DNA from: Paramicrosporidium saccamoebae KSL3
Lineage: Eukaryota > Fungi > Cryptomycota
Assembly (NCBI GenBank): GCA_002794465.1
Contig: MTSL01000200.1
Location: forward strand, 1 to 32,000
DNA length: 32,000 nucleotides
Direction of reading: 5' to 3'
Numbering within the stretch: position 1 is the stretch's first letter; every line of letters begins with the position of its first letter. Positions 19,649-30,611 of this stretch are shown here, one piece after another. Under the pieces are notes generated by a model that had not been told where the DNA came from, searched no databases, and saw nothing but the letters and a program-made list of their open reading frames with translations. The position numbers and the translations under genes were made by a program.

Positions 19649-19727
19649 TAAAATTGCGAGTGATCTTATTGGTGCAACCTGAATAACCAATTATTTAGAC
19701 GCAGGACCCCGTGGTCATGATGTGAAA

Positions 19728-20179
19728 ATGTCCCATGTGCCGTTAGCCTCAAAGGTGGTTGTATACTTGTGTGGCTTTGTATTTGCTGCCGGCTGGTGGA
19801 CAGTTATTGCCGGCTATTATGGTTCCAGTGTTTCCTTTCTGGGTGCGCTCTGTCCATTACTGACCTCGGTGGCATTGCTCGCCCTGACGCGTCTGCCCAG
19901 CAAAGCCATTGTGCCCTCTGACAATGAATGGGGTGAGGATAGTAGCTCCCAGCGAATTGCGATATTGGTACTGATTGCGACTTTGCTGGGGGGAGTGGGA
20001 TGCAGTTGGGGTCTGTGGGGACTGTATCACCGGGAGGAAGCAGAGACGGTGGCGGTGCTACTGCCGCCGATTGGGACAACAATGCTGGCCATTAGGTAAG
20101 CCATGGTTGAATGTCCATACTCATGTGTAGTGCATTGGTGGTAAAGTTTTGTCGAGTGGCTGACGAAGATTCATTCTAA
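19728..20179 (+). CDS. VPS68: Vps68/TMEM50 (UPF0220) membrane protein, 138 aa; exons 19728-20095, 20131-20179
   Basis: CGFVFAAGWWTVI motif, four hydrophobic segments, C-terminal ALVVKFCR after a 35-nt intron (20096-20130). Confidence 0.7.
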
Positions 20180-20364
20180 CTAGACAGGTCCAAGTTGTGG
20201 GACTATTAGCAATCTGTTGGGATAGATGGGATAGATGGCATAGATGAATAGATATGTAGTTTATGTTTGCTGGTTTTGCGAGATTTAATTTGTAGAGACG
20301 GATTGCATAGCAGCATTATCAGTCTGCCCGACCCCATCCGCCGTGCCTCACCCCAGACTGGTCG

Positions 20365-22829
20365 ATGGAGGTCAGCAAGCCACTAGAGGTCACACATGCC
20401 AGCGTGGGGGCGGGAGGCCGCAAATCTGGACAGGCCAGCAGCATCTTTTCGCTGTCATTAAGCAGTACCGGTCGTCTGGCCACGTCCGGTCTGGACTGCA
20501 CTGTGCGAATCTGGTCGTCCGAGCTGCAGCTACTTTCCATTCTGTCCCGTCACACTGGCGCAGTGCTCTGCGCACGTTGGTCGCCAAACGGAGAACTGTT
20601 GGCCACGGCATCAGATGATTCCATTGTGTTGGTCTGGCAACTCTCACAGTAACCCTCTCATGTGATGCATGAATATTGTAGAAACTCTTATGGAAGTTTT
20701 GAGGCCGAGTGTAAGGAGCATTATACGGTGGTACACCGATTGACGGGACACGAGTCTGACGTCAATGGAGTAGAATGGTCCTCGGATGGACGCTATTTGG
20801 CGTCCTGTGGACTAGATGGACGTGTGTTGGTATGGGATGTGCAGAACAGCTTTAATTTACTGCGTCGGATTGAGACAGAGCCTCGACGTCCCTTGAAAGG
20901 ATTGGTGTGGGACCCATTGGGACAATTTCTTGCCACGCAATCCAATGATGGCACTTTGTACGTGTGGAGACTGCAGGATTGGAAGCTGGAGACACTGATA
21001 AGTTCTCCATACACAGAAGGACCGGTGGAGAGTCTGACTTACTTTTCCCGACCGGCATGGTCACCTGATGGACGAGTGCTCTGTCTGCCTGATGCACTGA
21101 ACGAAAGCGATACAGTGGCATTGTTGGTAGAACGTGATGATTGGCGCTGTGAACAAAGTTTGGTGGGTCATGCGGGAGCAGTACAGACGGCACGATTCAG
21201 TCCACGTTTGTATCGGACGACGGAAGACAATCAATTGGTCGTAGCATTGGGTGCCCAAGACGGCGTCGTGTCATTATGGGGCAGTGGAGGAGAGCGACCA
21301 TTGGCGGTGCTGACGGGATTATTTGATCATGCGGTAATGGATCTGGCTTGGAATGCAGATGGACGTTGTCTGTATGCGGCCAGCTATGATGGAACCGTGG
21401 CAATGATCAAAATGGAGACGAGCGTAGTAGGCACAGTTGTAGACGTTCAAGAACAAGACGAATTGTTGGGAAAGCTATGTCAGGTGCAAAAATCAGCAGT
21501 ACTCGCCCTTCCCACTAGTTTGGCTCAGATTGCTCTACAGGATCGTCTGGACTCTATCATGACACAACGCAAGCCCTTAAACCCCGACAGTACGGCGAAT
21601 CTTGATGGTACGGCGAGTACTGGTAATCTGGCGACTCCTGGTAACACGGCGAATCTCTCCAATACCATGAATCTAGCCAATTGCAGCAATTCCTCTGCCC
21701 TTCAAGCGGGATTAGTTACGGCCCCCGCCTCCACGGATGCTATCACATCTGTGCCGGCTCTGGCTACCCCTCAAAGGGAAAGTCGATTAAAGAATGGAAA
21801 GAGACGGATCACTCCGCAGTTGCTGCAGTCTGCCAATCCGACGCCATCCACTGAATCGTATACAGTGGTGGTAGGAAAGGCGGCGCGTAAGAGCTGGCTT
21901 CGAGTGGCAACACCAAAGACATTGGTTGTCGGCTCTATCGAAGTGACCAACAACACTGGCAGTGGCAACAATTGCCGAATCGTTAGATTGCAGGACGGAC
22001 GGGTTTTGTGGGAGGAGCGATATGATTCGCTAGTGACAGCAGCAGTAGTGACGGGAACAGATGTACTGATTGCTGCGCTCAATACGAATCGCATTGTGGT
22101 GCTGTCGCCGGCGGGCCGGAGATTGTTGCCTCCGTTACTGCTCTCGGCTCCAGTGACGCGACTCTTGTCCTGTGAGGATGTTTGCACTGCTCTCCTTGAC
22201 AATGGTCTCTTTTACGTTTGGTACGGACCACAATGTATTATAATATTTGTAGGCGGATGGCTGGATCGCTGTTGAATTGCATTGTGCAAGATGAATTACC
22301 TCCACAGGGATTGTCTTCAGAATTGGTCTCTTTGGAGCTGCGCTGTCGCGACAACGAGATAACTCTTGATTTTGGCTTTCCCTCTAATCGGCTAGTTTAT
22401 TCGGCAAGCCAGCGCGTCTTTTTTGAATGCGACGGCACTGATCTCCCTGACACTCTCATTGACGCAATTTGGGGTGATCCCGCCGTTGATCCGGCCCTCA
22501 TTGCACGGCTTCTCAATCAGGTTGATAGCGCCGATCTGAAGGCGAAATCGTTGGCCCAAATGGAGGCACAAATTGCCGCATGTCGCATGGTTGGTGACTT
22601 TGATCGACTTGTGGCATGGCTGGCCGCCTATGTGCAGCGACTTGCCCTGGAGGAGCGGGTGGGGAAGCTACAAGAGCTATTGGAAGATTTGCCCACTCTG
22701 GGCGTTAATACCTCCAATGTCCGACAAATGATTTCGTCCTTCCTAGCCACCAGCCCATCTGCCCTACTACGGCATCTTGCTGATAACACTATTACTAGCA
22801 CCGCCAGCCACAACAGTAATATTATTTAA
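20365..22829 (+). CDS. HIR1: Histone chaperone HIRA/Hir1, 799 aa; exons 20365-20648, 20682-22220, 22253-22829
   Basis: WD40 N-terminus (IFSL...RLATSGLD, RHTGAVLCARWSP, GHESDV), FSRPAWSPDG, B-domain KNGKRRITPQLL, GRRLLPPLLL. Introns of 33 and 32 nt. Confidence 0.88.
21592..21681 (+). repeat. In-frame minisatellite in HIR1, 5 x 18 bp (TANLDG TASTGN LATPGN TANLSN TMNLAN)
   Basis: Degenerate ACGGCGAATCT-based 18-bp units in the linker before the B-domain. Confidence 0.6.
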
Positions 22830-22882
22830 TTCTGGCTGGAGAAACGTGTATAATCGTTTACATTTATAAAGCAAATTAATGT

Positions 22883-23084
22883 TGTGACGTAGAAGACTGA
22901 TTAGTTGGGTATTTGAGGATAGTTCCCTAGTTTGGAGAGGAGATAGTCAGAACAATCGATGAAGGATAATGTTATTTGTGAGACTATAAATGGGTCATTG
23001 GACTGACTGAATAAATTCTCTTCTCGTCCCATCTCGTCTCTTTCCGCCTGACAAAGTCCGTGGTATTATCCCCACTACGCGACA
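22883..23084 (+). mobile_element. Solo-LTR-like element, copy 2 (202 bp), 4-bp TSD ATGT
   Basis: TGT...ACA ends. ATGT at 22879-22882 and 23085-23088. TATAAAT (22985) then AATAAA (23010) then a pyrimidine-rich tract, in U3-R-U5-like order. Inverted homologue of 7712-7947. Confidence 0.8.
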
Positions 23085-23257
23085 ATGTGATCCCTAGTAT
23101 GAGATTTTCAGTATAAATCCTTGGTCCGTAGATGTGCGATCTTACCCAGACGCTTACTGCGCATGAAAACTATGGTGTAACGTGTTTATACAGAAAAGAC
23201 TATTATCCCACGCACGTATTATTATCTCTACGTGCGCGTTACTTTCATCTTCGCGCG

Positions 23258-25272
23258 CTAGTAATCGTGTCCAAGACACTTCTGGGCTGCCACCATCTCC
23301 AAATACTTTTGGAGAAGTGCGTCCACTTGGGCTCCCATGTTCAGGGTCATCATTGTCGTCCTGATCCGCTCCACGCCGTGCATCCTGATCATTTTAAAGA
23401 TTTGTCGACCTACCACGTTTGGGTAGATTGCCGTCTGATAATGTCCTGCCTGGTGTAGTAGTAGCTTAGTTACTGCGGTCAAGGCATGGGCCAGACGTCC
23501 TTCATCCGTGTACATTTCCAACAATGCCTGCCACGCCTCCTCGCAGAATGCCGTTTCTACACACTGCCGATAGGCCTCTTTGGCTTCTTCAAAATGTGCA
23601 AGCCGTCGACAGAGTGTCCCAAGGATAAGCCATTCCCGTGCAGTGCGCTGATACGGCATATTTTCGCCCCGAAAGTGCTGCACCTCTCCGCGATAAATGG
23701 TATAGACGCGCATATCATCAAACAGAACCATAAACAATTGATCGAGCCAGCGTTCGCAAAGTCTCTTTCCAGTTTTGGGGGGCGGATGGTCGTCTAACGG
23801 AATCTGTTCCATCTCAGAGACATCAGAGGGACGGCGATCTGTCCTTTGGGCGCGATATTCTTCCTCCATCAAAAATATTCGTGATCGCAATTTCAGCAAA
23901 TCGTCCCATCCCGTTGCCGCCACTAATTCGACCAGCACGTCGTAAGCCTGCTTTAGCGCTCCTCGCAGTCGGGATCCCTTTAGACGTTCCAAAATGCTGT
24001 CCTCACTAGGCGATTGGGAGACCTCGTCTTGTAAGGATCGGTTCTTGCGAGGGATCCACGGTTTCGTGGTCGGCAGGATTCTAATAGCTTCTGGTTCTGG
24101 ATTTGGCGCCACTGGGCACGTGTTCATGGCAATCAGTGCCGCCTCATACTTTTCCATCTTGATCAATGCTCTTGCAAGCGTCATCCAAGTTTCGTGATCG
24201 ACTGGTGACGCTTTTACTGCCGCTCGTCCAATCTCTACTGCTTCCTCATACCGTTTCTGCACATTATTATTGAGGCGCTATTTACCTTGGACATGAGAAA
24301 TTCACATTGATGCACAAGAACGGTGGGCATCCTGGCACCATTTTTGATCAAGACATCATGCATTAGCTGCACAGCCTCTGGCTCCCGGTCTACACTTAGA
24401 TCAGTACGGTTATCGTACCAGAGAAGAGGAGGAGTTTAGCAATTAGGGAGGACACTTCCGGGTCCTTTTTGGAAAATACCTCAAAAGACTCAATGGCTAC
24501 TTGCGGCTTTTGGCATTCTTCAAAATATCGTAGTACCCCCAGTGACAAAAAGTTGTTTACATTTGTCCCAGTGGATTGTCCGTTGACCGCGCCAAGTTGC
24601 CAGCCACTCCAAAATAGCTTGTTCACAGCCTCCAGAAACCGTCGCTCCATAATTTCAGTGGCCAGAGGATCAACTCTCCTCAAGCCCACCAGTCGTAGAT
24701 TACTTTGGTGGATTGTCCTCAGCACGGAGCATACAAACGTCTCCTGCCACAACTCTGCTGTCGTCGGGATCCTAAACTTAAAAGCCCGCCCTGCATGTAC
24801 TTTGTGCCAGCAGCAGTGATCGCATATGCAGTGACGCCTCCTGGGATCCGTGCCTCCACCCGCATATCCACGCCAGTGAATGCGTTGTAACTGCAGTAAA
24901 CACTACGCGTAATCTTCCACGGATTGCTCCGAAACCATCCCTCCGAGCTGTCCAGAGAATAGGTGAGCGAGTTTACATATGCTGCTATTGATGCGCTTGA
25001 GCTAGTGTCCACACCCAACACAAAGTGATAACTTCCAACCTAGCTGTCAATCTACTGGGTGGCCAACCTCCTTAAGCGTCTTGCCAGACTGCGAGCTCTT
25101 GACAATGTGCACCAAGTCGGGTGGTCCCAACTCTCTGGCATTCCCTATCCATCAGCAACTCCATTTGCGTACCCAATGATTCAGTGCGGCTCTGTAGACA
25201 CTGTCCAGAGTTGGCTTCAAAGAGCTCCGAAATGTCGGTAAAGCGCTCCCCGCTGTGTTCAGTACGGCTCAT
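23258..25272 (-). CDS. ChAPs-family exomer cargo adaptor (Bch1/Bud7/Chs6-like, TPR), 623 aa; exons 25173-25272, 25068-25144, 24801-25039, 24419-24771, 24286-24389, 23258-24256
   Basis: RTESLG|NARELGPPDLVH, LGVDTSSSASIAAYVN, YNAFTGVDMRV, ALIAMNTCP, KRLCERWLDQLFMVLFDDMR. Five 28-29 nt introns join six frames to 1872 nt. Confidence 0.87.
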
Positions 25273-25311
25273 CGTTTATGCAAAGTCGACCAATCAAAGT
25301 TCCTAATTAGC

Positions 25312-28113
25312 ATGAGTGACAGCGACTATACAGGCTCAGAGAGTGACTATGAAGAGGAGCTATTTAATGGAGATTACGAAGAGGAGCTATTAAATGAAGA
25401 TGATGAAGAATATGGTGATTATGAAGAGTATGACGAAGAGGAAGAGGAAGAAGAGGAGATTTCCGAGGACGAGGATTTGGATTCAGACTTGGCGGCATCT
25501 CTTTCAAGGTGTAGTAGTGCGCCTGCCCCCATTGAAGACGAAGCAACTGCCAATACCATTATAGAGTCTTTGCAGAATATCCTCCCCGAGTTGGGAAGTA
25601 CGCCCAGTAATACGCCTGTGCGCATGACCGACCTCGGACTGAAAATTTCACAAATGGTGCTCCACCGCCGGCCTGTCGAATCTCCGGAAATGGAATTGGA
25701 TGAGGCGCCTGATGCATTTTTGGAAAAGACACTCGCAGGTCGTCGTCGAAACCGCACGGGGAAACGCGGCCGTCCGAAAAAGGTGGATTATGGATTTGGG
25801 AAATCGACCACCCAAAATCTCCCGCCCGAGACCAGCAAGTTAATGGGCCAGGCAAATATGTGCTACGTTAGCAGACGGTATGAGGAGGCCATAGTGTTGT
25901 TGTTGGAGGTTGTACGCCAAGCACCACATGCATTTGAGGCGTATCAGACACTAGCTCTGATCCACGAAGAACGAGGAGATCGCGATAAGGCCTACAGCTA
26001 TTACGTAATTGCTGCCCATCTAATTAAGAACGACCCGGAAATGTGGCGAAAGTTGGCGTTGCTGACGCTGGAACTCAATCGACCGGTGGAAGCAATCTAT
26101 TATTTGGGTCGACTTATCAGGATGCGGGATGCACGGCCAGAATATTTCTGGACACGGGCGCGCTTGTGGGTGGAGAGGGAAGAATATCGAAAGGCAACAC
26201 TTGGATTTCTGCGCCTGTTGTTGTTAGAGGTGGAGGGGGATGGTGAGACATTTCTGCAAGTGGCCACCTTTGCCGCGAGGGTGGAACATGCCGATCTAGT
26301 TGGTGGAATATTCTTGCAGACGATTACACTGGCAATTAATTCTCAAAGGATCCCCAGCATGGCAGTGATTATGTATGTGCTGGGATGGCTACAGGAGCAG
26401 AAAGAACTAGACAAGATCCAAGCAATAGTCGAGTTGATAGCCGTGCCGTTAGTGTCGGAAATGAATATTAATATGCCAGTTAATTGGTATGCCCTTGATG
26501 ACGAGCAACGCGTCCTGATGGCGTTGGATAATTTGCCTGTTGAGATTAGACTGTACTATTTGGTATCACTAATTGGATTGAAGAAGCCAAACGAACATGC
26601 ATGGACCAGTTCTCTCGATCCCCATAGATACGGCACTTTGATGAGAATTGTTGGCAAGACGCTACTTGCAAATGCACAGCCGACAAGTGCCCTATCCATC
26701 CTTCTTCCCCTAATGGATGTCCCCTCCCTGGGCGATCCTGATCTGGGAGTATCTATTGGGGAATGTTACCGATTGATCCCGGGTCAGGAGGAGATGGCAA
26801 TTGGGACATTTGAGGCAGTCCTGGCAGTGTGTCCTGAGCGGGGCGATGTGCGGACAGCACTCTGTGATTTGTACCGTCAACAAGGTCGCTTAGAAAAGGC
26901 TGCAGCGGTGCTGAAGCAAGAAAATGTCCAATGGCCCACTCTAGCGGCAAAGCCCGAACGACATCCGCCATATCCCGCGGATGAGGTGTTTGAAGGCCTC
27001 TTTGCCTGGGACTCGGCATTACCACTGCCAGAAATTGAGTCGGGAGGAAGTAGATCGTTGCTTCATCTGCGGGGCGACACTGCGATTAGACGAAGAAAGT
27101 CAAAGAGACGAGTCAGAAGAGTCCGCCGATTTATTGCCTACTCAGAGGCCCAAATGAACGCAGTGCAACAGGATTACCATCGGATTCTGCGGTTGTGTGG
27201 CGGGTCCAATGAAGCAGCAAGCATGCGTCAGGCTCGACAGTTGGCGGCCCCGTTAGTGGAAGATATGATGAGCAATCCGAGTTTACGTCCTGCTGATAAA
27301 CAGACTATACGGACTACGGATCTATCGCTGCTACATGGACTGACTATTGCGGAATGGTTCGATCTTTTGTGTCGCTACTTGGTTGTGGAATGCCACGTCG
27401 GGTCGGTGGAGCGAGCTCTCAAATTTACACGAATCTTCTTATCCCGTTCCGTATTTCATCTAGATTCTCACACATCTGTCGTCCTAAGATTGCTACATTT
27501 GGGGATTGCACATCAGACGAGGAATAATAGTGTCGTGTTGCAGGCAACCCGATGGTTTATCAGAGTGTGGTCTGATTTGCCCCTCTCCTCGAGCCTTTTG
27601 ACAAGGGCAATGGCTAATTGTCCTCCTGACACTATTGATGCTCCTTTCATCCGCTTCCTCGAACGTCTGGCTGCCCGTCATCCAGAACGACCTTTGGTGC
27701 AGGCATCCAATCTCGCTCTGATGCTCTACACGGAACGCTACGAATCTGCCATTCGCACTGGCTATGTTTTGTTAGCTAAATGTCCTACTCATCAGATGGG
27801 ATTGTTGGCAACGGCGGTGGCGTTACTTCACCAGTCAGCAAAGAGGACGTGTCGCGCACCGGGACTGTTGCAAAGACGGGCGTTTGCGCTGATCCACCAC
27901 TATCGCAATCTCGTCGGGGTTGTTGGAGATTACAATGTGGCACGCGCCTACCATATGATGGGCAAGCCCGAACTCGCTGTGACATACTACCGACGGGCCC
28001 TTCACGGCCCCTTGAGAACAGCCGCAGCGTTTAATCTGCATTTGTTGTTTATCCAGGCCGGGGAATATGCTCTGGCAGCCCATTATTTAGCCAAATACCT
28101 CCCCGTCGTATAG
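25312..28113 (+). CDS. TFC4: TFIIIC TPR subunit (Tfc4/tau131/GTF3C3), 933 aa
   Basis: Acidic N-terminus, basic patch, TPRs starting LMGQANMCYV.RRYEEA...EVVRQAP.AFEAYQTLA, C-terminal YNVARAYHMMG..LAV.YY and AAFNL.L. Confidence 0.85.
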   Translation: MSDSDYTGSESDYEEELFNGDYEEELLNEDDEEYGDYEEYDEEEEEEEEISEDEDLDSDLAASLSRCSSAPAPIEDEATANTIIESLQNILPELGSTPSNTPVRMTDLGLKISQMVLHRRPVESPEMELDEAPDAFLEKTLAGRRRNRTGKRGRPKKVDYGFGKSTTQNLPPETSKLMGQANMCYVSRRYEEAIVLLLEVVRQAPHAFEAYQTLALIHEERGDRDKAYSYYVIAAHLIKNDPEMWRKLALLTLELNRPVEAIYYLGRLIRMRDARPEYFWTRARLWVEREEYRKATLGFLRLLLLEVEGDGETFLQVATFAARVEHADLVGGIFLQTITLAINSQRIPSMAVIMYVLGWLQEQKELDKIQAIVELIAVPLVSEMNINMPVNWYALDDEQRVLMALDNLPVEIRLYYLVSLIGLKKPNEHAWTSSLDPHRYGTLMRIVGKTLLANAQPTSALSILLPLMDVPSLGDPDLGVSIGECYRLIPGQEEMAIGTFEAVLAVCPERGDVRTALCDLYRQQGRLEKAAAVLKQENVQWPTLAAKPERHPPYPADEVFEGLFAWDSALPLPEIESGGSRSLLHLRGDTAIRRRKSKRRVRRVRRFIAYSEAQMNAVQQDYHRILRLCGGSNEAASMRQARQLAAPLVEDMMSNPSLRPADKQTIRTTDLSLLHGLTIAEWFDLLCRYLVVECHVGSVERALKFTRIFLSRSVFHLDSHTSVVLRLLHLGIAHQTRNNSVVLQATRWFIRVWSDLPLSSSLLTRAMANCPPDTIDAPFIRFLERLAARHPERPLVQASNLALMLYTERYESAIRTGYVLLAKCPTHQMGLLATAVALLHQSAKRTCRAPGLLQRRAFALIHHYRNLVGVVGDYNVARAYHMMGKPELAVTYYRRALHGPLRTAAAFNLHLLFIQAGEYALAAHYLAKYLPVV

Positions 28114-28442
28114 ATTGCTATTCCTGTGAATATTAATGTGAATGCGAATATGAATAGACTTTTATTTCTAACAAGTCCTGTCAGATTTAGTCACTAGGGC
28201 TTTGACTGTCTTGAAACCAAGTTAGCAGCCATCAATTAATGAAACTTGCCAACACTTTATGAAAAGGTGGCGGTTATTGTGAGGTTATAGTAAAGACCCT
28301 TTATCAGTGTCCCCGGCCCGTAGTTATACTATCTCACCGTCATGTTTGCCTTTTCATGGGCCTGCGGAAGCGGAATTTGAATAAATCGCACATTGGCCAA
28401 TGATATGGCAGGACATCATTTAATTAAACACTCTCGCCGTTA

Positions 28443-30377
28443 ATGAAGGTGCCGCTGCTTCTCACCGTCCCTTTCGTTTTTGCGTCCGTATATAATCCTG
28501 TAAGACCCCTTCTCCCGGCAGAGAGTGACAGCAGCGTGGACACTGAACCGTTAATATCTCCGAATACAGAGTCGGGAAAGAATGCTGAAAATTTTGACGA
28601 CTTGCTTGGGAGCGAAGGCGGGCTGGACTTGAAAAAGCTGGATCTAGCACTTGGGATTGCCATGTCAGGCGTCGTAATGGCAGATGCCTCAGGCATAATG
28701 AGAAGAAGCGCAATTTTGGACAAGGATCAGCTCCCATTAATCAAGGAAGCGCTAGAGATGGGCTATGGCAACTATCTGGAGTGCATGTTGAATGTCGAGC
28801 TTGCCTGGTGGCATACCGAGGAGGAACGCCACTTGTTCTTGGCCCAGATCTACAAAACACCATACTACAAAAGAGACTTGTGGAATGCCCATCGTCCCCA
28901 ATTGAATTGGAAAAGGTACATGGACGCAGCAATCATGGCGGACAATGTCGTCTTTACTTTATCTCGTCCCAAGACTTTTGAAGCTACTCTTAAGAGCCCT
29001 GCAGCAATCGCAAAATTTATCAAATATGATTCTGCCAATATGGTGAGATGCTATGTCAGCGATCTCAACGTCTTTGCTACCAAGATGCGGGATTTAGCCA
29101 TCGCTGGCTCCGTTAAGATTCTACGTCTGCTGGTGGAGCAAGACATTGAGTTGGATATGAAGAACATTACCCTGGAGGATGCGTGTCATGATGTAAGAGT
29201 CTTGCGCTTAATGTGCGAAAGCGGATACAAGGTTACTGTGACTGATGAAAGGCTCGATTTATTTATGGAACAAGGCATGCTGGCACACCTTGAACTCTTC
29301 CATCACCTTAAACCCAAGAATCTTCCCACTGCAGAAGGAGTTGCAAGGGCAGCCAAAGCAGGCCATCTGGAAGCCGTAAAATGGGTAGTGGGTAAATCTC
29401 GAAAACGGCTTCCCTCAAATTCTGTCGACGGAGCCATCGCCAAAAATGGCCATCTAGCCATGCTCCAATGGCTTTTTGAGCAAGATCAAGGGCGGAGGAT
29501 GCACACTATGGTGCTACTAGAGGCCATTGCCAAAGGGCATTCAGCTATCTTGGACTGGGCTTATGGCATCGATCCAAATTTTTTGCAACGCATTGGAACG
29601 ATTGATCGGATCTTTGTCGACAAGGCTTGTATTTCCGGAAAAATCGAGGGTCTAAGGTGGCTACATAGAATGAATGTTAAAGTATTTCCAAGCAAACTCG
29701 GGTTGGCTCTAGCTACGTATAAAGGTCGCTTGGATGTGCTCCAATGGGTCATCACCATCAAGCCCAGCGTCTTCCCTAATGTCAGAGACCTTAATGCGGC
29801 TGCTAGTGAAGGCCATTTGGACCTGTTAAAATGGGTCCATTCCAAACAGCCCACGCTGATTCCCAATGCTGAGGGCGCAAATAAGGCAGCAAAGGGTGAT
29901 CACGTCCCAGTCCTCGAGTGGTTGGCCTCGAAGGGGGTGTTTCCCAACGCAGTAGGTCTTAACAAGTGTGTCGGATCTGGCAGCCTTACGGCCGTGCACT
30001 GGATAACGCAAGAGCAGCCAACATTAAACCCATCTCTCTACTCCATCCTCAAGGCTGTGAAAGCTGGTCATTTACAGGTCATTAAGCACATTCACAGAAC
30101 CAAACCTAGATTGCTGAATTGTTTGGAATTCCGATTGGCCGCAGAAACCAATGGTTGGGAAGGAATAGTTGCTTTCCTAAAGACAAATGTGCCGAATCCC
30201 GAAAATGAAACAATTGCCGAGATTCTTCCTCCAAAGAGCTGGAGAGCGATGGATATTCCGATAGTGAATCTTCGGGCACCATATCCACATCCGACTACGG
30301 CTCGTGGTCGCCATGGTCGCCATAAATCGTCCTTTACAGGAGGCTGTCCATTTTCGAGCCGGCATAATTCAGGTTGA
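28443..30377 (+). CDS. Putative secreted ankyrin-like repeat protein, 644 aa, intronless
   Basis: Signal-peptide-like MKVPLLLTVPFVFA, then about 10 repeats of about 29 aa with pattern P..(G/V).N.AA..GHL..L.W(L/V), e.g. PNVRDLNAAASEGHLDLLKWV and PNAEGANKAAKGDHVPVLEWL. Confidence 0.82.
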   Translation: MKVPLLLTVPFVFASVYNPVRPLLPAESDSSVDTEPLISPNTESGKNAENFDDLLGSEGGLDLKKLDLALGIAMSGVVMADASGIMRRSAILDKDQLPLIKEALEMGYGNYLECMLNVELAWWHTEEERHLFLAQIYKTPYYKRDLWNAHRPQLNWKRYMDAAIMADNVVFTLSRPKTFEATLKSPAAIAKFIKYDSANMVRCYVSDLNVFATKMRDLAIAGSVKILRLLVEQDIELDMKNITLEDACHDVRVLRLMCESGYKVTVTDERLDLFMEQGMLAHLELFHHLKPKNLPTAEGVARAAKAGHLEAVKWVVGKSRKRLPSNSVDGAIAKNGHLAMLQWLFEQDQGRRMHTMVLLEAIAKGHSAILDWAYGIDPNFLQRIGTIDRIFVDKACISGKIEGLRWLHRMNVKVFPSKLGLALATYKGRLDVLQWVITIKPSVFPNVRDLNAAASEGHLDLLKWVHSKQPTLIPNAEGANKAAKGDHVPVLEWLASKGVFPNAVGLNKCVGSGSLTAVHWITQEQPTLNPSLYSILKAVKAGHLQVIKHIHRTKPRLLNCLEFRLAAETNGWEGIVAFLKTNVPNPENETIAEILPPKSWRAMDIPIVNLRAPYPHPTTARGRHGRHKSSFTGGCPFSSRHNSG

Positions 30378-30611
30378 ATGCTTTATAGTCGCATCGTAAT
30401 AAAAGTACGCATTTGGAAAATAAGAGCGAGAAGCTGCGGGAGGGTATATTGACGGATCAAGTCATTGAAAGGGATCGTAATTACATTGCAGTTAACATGG
30501 CCGCCATCATGGCAACTGAGGGTAAGAAACTACAAGAGTGTATCGATGAATTGAGCCCCCAGAAGAGATTACTACGTTGTAACTAGCACAGCTGTCATTA
30601 TGAATGTTTCA

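Noticed and set aside
20219-20256. Decaying GATAGATGG 9-bp repeats before HIR1
   Set aside because: Simple slippage repeat with no further structure.
7712-23084. The two LTR-like copies as ends of one 15-kb element
   Set aside because: They are inverted, have different TSDs and enclose only housekeeping genes.
23211-23236. Perfect 8-bp inverted repeat CGCACGTA/TACGTGCG
   Set aside because: A single short hairpin is expected by chance at this scale.
25750-25785. AT-hook-like KRGRPKK in TFC4
   Set aside because: A basic patch before the first TPR is common in Tfc4 homologues as I recall, so it is not distinctive.
30389-30586. 65-codon protein-like open frame after the ankyrin gene
   Set aside because: No start codon until the last 29 aa, and no donor at mini-intron distance links it in frame to the ankyrin CDS.
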